Assembly (NCBI GenBank): GCA_016792825.1
Contig: JAEUMI010000092.1
Coordinates: 5,473 to 69,472 of the forward strand
Length of the DNA: 64,000 bases
Origin: Hyphomicrobiales bacterium
Lineage (GTDB): Bacteria > Pseudomonadota > Alphaproteobacteria > Rhizobiales > Aestuariivirgaceae
Reading direction: 5' to 3'
How positions within the stretch are numbered: the first letter of the stretch is position 1; each line of letters begins with the position of its first letter. The notes beneath the pieces are model-generated. The model was not told the DNA's origin. It searched no databases and saw nothing but the letters and a program-made list of their open reading frames with translations. Both the position numbers and the translations under genes were made by a program. This document shows, piece after piece, positions 58,889 to 64,000 of the stretch.

Positions 58889-60754
58889 ATGGCGAAAACG
58901 GCGAAAAAAACTAAGACTGAATCCCACGCATTCCAGGCGGAAGTGGCCAAGCTTCTGCACCTTATGGTGCATTCGGTCTATTCCGACCGGGACGTGTTCC
59001 TGCGCGAATTGATTTCCAACGCGGCCGATGCGCTGGACAAGCTGCGTTACGAGGCGATTGCTGCACCTGACCTGCTGGAAGAAGCCCCCCAGCTCAACAT
59101 CGTCATCACCCCCGACAAGGCGGCCAAAACGCTCACAATCGCCGACAGCGGCATCGGCATGGGCGAGGACGAGCTCATCGACAATCTGGGCACCATCGCC
59201 AGGTCCGGCACCCAGGCATTTGTGGAAAAGGCGGGCCAGGGGGTCAATCTCATCGGCCAGTTCGGGGTTGGTTTCTACTCGTCCTTCATCGTGGCAAACC
59301 GCGTCGAGGTCACCTCGCGCCGGGCCGGAACGGACACTTCCTTCACCTGGGCTTCCGAGGGCCTGGGTACATTCACGGTCGTTCCGACGGAAAAGGGGCC
59401 GCGGGGAACGTCCATCGTTCTGCATCTGAAGGATGACGCACTTGAATTCCTTGAGGGCTGGAAAATTGAACAGGTGATACGGGCCTATTCCGACCACATC
59501 GGCCATCCGATCATGCTGGCTGATGGCAGCGAAGCGGCCAAGCAAATCAACACGGCCAATGCCATCTGGACCCGGCCCAAGTCCGAGGTCACGGCGGAAC
59601 AGCACAAGGAATTCTTCGGCCACGTCACGGGAAACTATTCCGATCCGGCCATGACCATCCATTACCGGGCGGAGGGACGGCATGAGTACACAGTGCTGCT
59701 CTATGTGCCGACCGAACGGCCGTTTGACCTCTATGACCCGGAGCGCCGCGGCCGGCAAAAACTTTATGTGAAGCGGGTCTACATTGCCGATGACGCGCAA
59801 CTCCTGCCTCCCTACCTGCGTTTCGTGCGTGGCGTGATCGATTCAGAGGATATGCCGCTCAACCTCTCGCGCGAGATGCTGCAGCACAACCGCCAAGTCG
59901 CGGCGATCCGCAAGGCGGTGACCAACAAGGTGCTCGGCGAGATCAAGAAGTTCTCCGAAGCGGATCCGGAAAAATTCCTGAAGATGTGGGAGATCTTCGG
60001 CCCGGTCATCAAGGAAGGGCTCTATGAGGACTTTGAGCACCGCGGGCAGCTGTTTGAGTTCGCGCGGTTTAGGTCAACCAGGAATGCTTCGGTTACCTTG
60101 AAGGACTATGTCGCGGGTCTCAAGGAAAACCAGACGGCGATCTACTATCTGACAGGCGAGGATGAGCTGAAGGCAGCGGCCAGTCCGCAGCTTGAAGGCT
60201 ACAGGGCCAGGGATGTTGAGGTCCTGCTCCTTACCGACCCAGTCGATTCCTTCTGGGTGCGCACAGCGATGGAGTTTGATGGCAAGCCCTTCAAGTCGGT
60301 CACGCAAGGGACGGCCGATCTTGATCTGATCGCGGTGAAGGATGCGCCTCCCAAGACCGAAGTGAAGGAATCGGCAACCGCCAAACTGATCGTGGCGATG
60401 AAAGAGGCGCTGGGCGATAAGGTGAAGGATGTGCGCAGTTCCGCACGATTGACTGACAGTGCGGTTTGCCTGGTGGCCGACGGCGAATTGGACCGCACCC
60501 TGGAAAAGCTTCTGTCGCGCCAAAAGGATTCAGGCGTGAATGTGAGCGCACCGGTGCTGGAAATAAACGCCGGCCATCCGCTTATCGTGGCCCTTGCGGC
60601 GGCGGCGGATGCAGGCGCTTCGCCGCCTGAAATAGCTGATGCGGCGCAGCTCTTATTGGATCAGGCTCATGTGCTTGAGGGCGAACCGGTGAGCGATCCG
60701 GCGGGCTTTTCACGGCGCATGGCGAATGTGCTGACGCGGGCTTTTGTGAAGTGA
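58889..60754 (+). CDS. htpG: Molecular chaperone HtpG (Hsp90)
   Basis: FLRELISNAADA, DSGIGM, IGQFGVGFYS, LNLSREMLQ. Confidence 0.98.
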   Translation: MAKTAKKTKTESHAFQAEVAKLLHLMVHSVYSDRDVFLRELISNAADALDKLRYEAIAAPDLLEEAPQLNIVITPDKAAKTLTIADSGIGMGEDELIDNLGTIARSGTQAFVEKAGQGVNLIGQFGVGFYSSFIVANRVEVTSRRAGTDTSFTWASEGLGTFTVVPTEKGPRGTSIVLHLKDDALEFLEGWKIEQVIRAYSDHIGHPIMLADGSEAAKQINTANAIWTRPKSEVTAEQHKEFFGHVTGNYSDPAMTIHYRAEGRHEYTVLLYVPTERPFDLYDPERRGRQKLYVKRVYIADDAQLLPPYLRFVRGVIDSEDMPLNLSREMLQHNRQVAAIRKAVTNKVLGEIKKFSEADPEKFLKMWEIFGPVIKEGLYEDFEHRGQLFEFARFRSTRNASVTLKDYVAGLKENQTAIYYLTGEDELKAAASPQLEGYRARDVEVLLLTDPVDSFWVRTAMEFDGKPFKSVTQGTADLDLIAVKDAPPKTEVKESATAKLIVAMKEALGDKVKDVRSSARLTDSAVCLVADGELDRTLEKLLSRQKDSGVNVSAPVLEINAGHPLIVALAAAADAGASPPEIADAAQLLLDQAHVLEGEPVSDPAGFSRRMANVLTRAFVK

Positions 60755-60858
60755 TGTGTCTCCCCTGCAACAGTGTTTGGCATTTTTTCAGAAAACTCTT
60801 TTCAGATATGATATTTTCGCGTACAGCGACGGCGACTGTAACTGAAAGGGAGATCATC

Positions 60859-60885
60859 ATGACAAGGACATTTTCGCGCTGCTGA
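60859..60885 (+). other. Micro-ORF MTRTFSRC (8 codons), possible leader peptide
   Basis: AAAGGGAGA RBS 6 nt before the ATG; candidate promoter TTTTCA-N16-TATGAT at 60785-60812. Confidence 0.35.
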
Positions 60886-61058
60886 TCCCTAGGCTGTCGA
60901 GGCTTGGGCCCCGGCAGATAGCGTTACCCGCGCCCGAGGCGCAACTTAATTAAATCATAACTTAACTGTCAGGTTTTCTGAAACGTAAGTGTTTACGTCT
61001 TTGAGGCCGTGACTCATTTTCGCCCGCGATTCATGCGCGTCTGGCTACGGAGAATCTT

Positions 61059-61259
61059 ATGTTTTCGCTTAAATCAAACCTGTTTGTTTCCATGCTTGCC
61101 GAAGTAAAAGACTATGCCAAGAAGATCAATCTGCGGCGCAGCCATCCGCCCAATTTTGAGGCTGACCCGCGCGAGTTGAACCGGATGCTGTCCGAGCTCC
61201 GGCTGGCGCGCGAGCACGCGCAACTCATGAACGTGATGCACCGCAACCGGATTCTTTAA
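61059..61259 (+). CDS. Hypothetical 66-aa protein
   Basis: GGAG RBS 6 nt before the ATG, fills the gap, stop overlaps the convergent gene's stop (TTAA). Confidence 0.6.
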   Translation: MFSLKSNLFVSMLAEVKDYAKKINLRRSHPPNFEADPRELNRMLSELRLAREHAQLMNVMHRNRIL

Positions 61260-62197
61260 GCTGTGGTGAACAGCTCATTGAAGGCTGAGAGCGGCGTGTT
61301 GGCGCCACAGACGATGACGCCGACACGCTCGCCTTTGGCCGGCCTGTAGCTTCCCGACAGCAGCGCGGCGAGGGCCGTGGCCCCGCCGGGTTCGGCTACG
61401 ATCTGTGCATGGCTCCAGAGCCAGCGCTGGGCATTGCGGATGTCTTCGTCGGTGACGAGGGCAACATGATCGATAAACTTTTGCGCGATGGGGAACATGA
61501 GTGAGCCTGCCGCACTTGCGCCCAGACTGTCGGTGGCAAGCCCCGATGGCTTGATGGTGACGGTGCTGCCTGCGGCCAAGGCCGCATGCAGGCAATTGCA
61601 GGTCTGAGGTTCGACGCCGATGATTTTTGATTTTGCCTGATACCAGGCGGCGATGCCGCCGATCAGGCCACCCCCGCCGACGGCCACAAGAACCCTGTCC
61701 AGGCCGGGCGCCTGTTCCTCAAGTTCGCGGCCCAAGGTTCCCTGGCCCGCAAGCGTCGTTTCCATGTCATAGGCGTGAATGTTCACGGCGCCGCTTTCAC
61801 GGACAAAGTCCTCACAGAGCGCCAGGGCCGCCTGATAATTGGCGCCTTCCTGCACGATGGTGGCGCCATAGCCTGCAATGCGGGCGACCTTTGCCGGGGA
61901 AGAAATGACGGGCACAAAAATGCGCGCCTTGATGCCGAGGACACTGGCAGCATAGGCAACAGCCGCGCCATGATTGCCGCCAGAGGCCGCTGCCACGCCG
62001 GCTCCGGGAATTTTCATACCGACAAGGTTGGTGAATGCGCCGCGCGGCTTGAAGCTGCCGGTGTGCTGAAAAAGCTCAAGCTTGAGGCAAACCGGATTTT
62101 CAATTCCGGGCAGGGTGATATCCATGACCGGAGTCCGGCGGATGAAGGGCGCAATGCGGGCAGCAGCTTCGCTGATGGTGGCGCGGGTGACAGTCAT
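61256..62197 (-). CDS. PLP-dependent serine/threonine dehydratase or racemase (no ACT domain)
   Basis: KLELFQHTGSFKPRGA, ASGGNHG, VGGGGL, EPGGA. Confidence 0.93.
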   Translation of the reverse strand: MTVTRATISEAAARIAPFIRRTPVMDITLPGIENPVCLKLELFQHTGSFKPRGAFTNLVGMKIPGAGVAAASGGNHGAAVAYAASVLGIKARIFVPVISSPAKVARIAGYGATIVQEGANYQAALALCEDFVRESGAVNIHAYDMETTLAGQGTLGRELEEQAPGLDRVLVAVGGGGLIGGIAAWYQAKSKIIGVEPQTCNCLHAALAAGSTVTIKPSGLATDSLGASAAGSLMFPIAQKFIDHVALVTDEDIRNAQRWLWSHAQIVAEPGGATALAALLSGSYRPAKGERVGVIVCGANTPLSAFNELFTTA

Positions 62198-62988
62198 GAC
62201 GGGCTATGCAGGGCTCCGATGATGTCGAGGCAGGGCTGGCCGAGGCTCCGTGAAATCGCGGATTCGAGAATGCCCGAGGAGAGCTTCAGCGCTTCTGGCG
62301 GTGCAAAGCCATTGAGGCGGGATGCAAAGTAAAGGCCCGCCAGAAAATCGCCGGTGCCATGAGGCACTTCGACCTTCACAGTACTGCTTGTTTCCGCATA
62401 GTCGCTTCCGGTGATTGCAAGGGTTGCAAGGTTACCGGGACCCACGGGAATGGACGTTGCAAGAATTTCCTTGTGCGGAAGCGTCGCCGCCGCGCGCAAG
62501 ACCTCTGCCTTGCTGGAGACAGTTTTGCCGGTGAGCCAGCCCAGTTCAAAACAGTTTGGCGTAATGCACGAGGCCAAAGGCAGCAACTCGTCGCGGATGG
62601 CGGTGGCCACCTCGTTTGAGACATAGAGGCTGCCGTCATCGCCCAGAACGGGATCGACCAGTACGTAGAGCAATGGATTTTTGTCTTTCATCTTATGAAT
62701 GAAGGAAGCGGCAATCTTAACCTGGTCGGGGCTGGCGAAATAGCCGGTCATCACGCCCACGCAGATATCAAGAACGGCAAGGGTATTGAGTGATTTCAGG
62801 ATGGCCTCAAATTCCGCGGGCGGCAGTTTTATGCCGGACGGCTTGCCGAGGCCGGGATGATTGGAAAGAATGATGGTTGGAATCTGCGATACGGCAAAGC
62901 CTGCAGCCTGAAGGGCCGGAACGGAGGCGGAATTTCCCACGGGTCCATAAGCCACTTGCGAGGACATGCTGAGGACGTGGCGTGGCAT
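62194..62988 (-). CDS. pdxK: Pyridoxal kinase (PdxK/PdxY)
   Basis: SSQVAYGPVGNSA, TGY, DPVLGD, TPN.FE, GTGD. Confidence 0.9.
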   Translation of the reverse strand: MPRHVLSMSSQVAYGPVGNSASVPALQAAGFAVSQIPTIILSNHPGLGKPSGIKLPPAEFEAILKSLNTLAVLDICVGVMTGYFASPDQVKIAASFIHKMKDKNPLLYVLVDPVLGDDGSLYVSNEVATAIRDELLPLASCITPNCFELGWLTGKTVSSKAEVLRAAATLPHKEILATSIPVGPGNLATLAITGSDYAETSSTVKVEVPHGTGDFLAGLYFASRLNGFAPPEALKLSSGILESAISRSLGQPCLDIIGALHSPS

Positions 62989-64000
62989 CAGATGACGTTT
63001 TTTTCGAACAGGGGTTCGTTGCGGGCGACGCGGCCGTAGCCCAGGCGCGCCAAATCAATGGTGCGATAGGTGCCATGGACGATGAGTTCGGCGATGGCAT
63101 TTCCCGCTGCCGGACCCTGCTGCAGGCCATGGCCGGAAAATCCGTTGGCGAAATGGAAATTACCCAGCCGCGGATGGGACCCGATAATCGCGTTCTGGTC
63201 CAGCGCATTGTAATCATACTGGCCGACCCAGGCATTGATCACCTTGATGGTTTCGAATTGCGGCACGCGTTCGGCAAGCTGGGGCCAGATGCGCTCCTCG
63301 AACCAGGAATAGTCAACCTCCCAATTCATCTCCGTCGGCTCTTCGTGTTCCTCCGGCGAGAGGCCGCAGAGGAAATTGCGGCCTTCCGGCCTGAAGTAAA
63401 TGCCGCCGGGTTCAACAGTCAGCGGCGCGCCATGGAGCGCCTCACTGGCCTGGGGGCAATCCAGGAGATAGACATAACGCTTGCGCGGGCCAACAGGCAG
63501 CTCAATGCCGGCAAGGCCTGCCACATGGCCGGCACCAGTTCCGGCGGCATTCACCAGGTGGGAGCAGGAGAGGGTGTCACCATTTGACAGGGTGACGGAG
63601 GTTATCCGGTCTGCGGAGCTTTTTATCCCGGTAAGTTCATGGGGAATGATTTTGACGCCCTGCGAAACCGCTGCTTTGCGCAGGAGCGTCATCAGGGAAT
63701 AGGGATCGAGCCAGCCCTCGCCGGACAGGCCGAAGCAGCCGCCCGCCACGCCATCGCCCACCAGCCAGGAAAACCGTGCGGTAAGATCGCTGCCCTTGAG
63801 GATGACGTTGTCAGCGCCATTGGCAAGCTGGATACGGTGGTTTTCCTCGAGAATGGGGAGGCCTTCCTGCGAAGCCATGATGAGATAGCCGTTCTCATGA
63901 AAACTTACGTCGGCTTCCGGACCGAATTCCTGCTTGAGGTTGCGCATGAGCCTGAGGCCGAATTTGGACAGCTCGATATTCTCCGGGGTTGAAAACTGCT
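62988..64000 (-). CDS. FAD-dependent oxidoreductase (DAO/sarcosine oxidase beta, FOXRED1-like), 5' end outside the window
   Basis: Frame is open to the window edge (QFSTPENIELSKFG); GWLDPY, VNAAG, NGFSGHGLQQGPAAG. Confidence 0.9.
   Translation of the reverse strand, partial: QFSTPENIELSKFGLRLMRNLKQEFGPEADVSFHENGYLIMASQEGLPILEENHRIQLANGADNVILKGSDLTARFSWLVGDGVAGGCFGLSGEGWLDPYSLMTLLRKAAVSQGVKIIPHELTGIKSSADRITSVTLSNGDTLSCSHLVNAAGTGAGHVAGLAGIELPVGPRKRYVYLLDCPQASEALHGAPLTVEPGGIYFRPEGRNFLCGLSPEEHEEPTEMNWEVDYSWFEERIWPQLAERVPQFETIKVINAWVGQYDYNALDQNAIIGSHPRLGNFHFANGFSGHGLQQGPAAGNAIAELIVHGTYRTIDLARLGYGRVARNEPLFEKNVI

Noticed and set aside
60880-60921. TGC-TGA plus a downstream hairpin as a possible Cys-Sec read-through (would give a 20-aa peptide)
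   Set aside because: The hairpin starts too close to the UGA, lacks clear SECIS features, and no sel genes are in the window

Overview
Core-chromosome segment of an alphaproteobacterium (Hyphomicrobiales/Rhizobiales-like gene order, GC-rich). It holds about 70 densely packed and apparently intact protein genes plus tRNA-Gly(GCC) and tRNA-Leu(CAA). Housekeeping blocks: glnK-amtB; UbiH-type hydroxylase; cnoX-LON_N-Trm112-DUF971; htpX-rsmB-heparinase-like-purH; dac-DMT-cobW-arsC-like; tusA/MOSC/mobAB; gcvT-like dehydrogenase; gloB; chorismate mutase-hisC-tyrA; nrdJ; ftsEX/zitP-like/hpt; argH-lptM-lysA; etfAB; pduO; ybbAP/tesA; yccA; htpG; pdxK. I found no transposase, integrase, prophage, CRISPR array or clear defence island, so I cannot claim a large novel system. 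The best leads are small and regulatory: (1) a probably leaderless 122-aa nuclease-like gene behind nrdJ with a perfect LexA box over its promoter; (2) a candidate structured sRNA with C-rich tracts and its own terminator upstream of htpG; (3) an 8-codon micro-ORF with a strong RBS and a motif-dense leader ahead of an orphan 66-aa protein; (4) a divergent tusA-amidinohydrolase / MOSC-mobA-mobB unit. All calls come from reading motifs by eye. No database search or folding was run, and several start codons were moved from the ORF track using RBS or overlap evidence.
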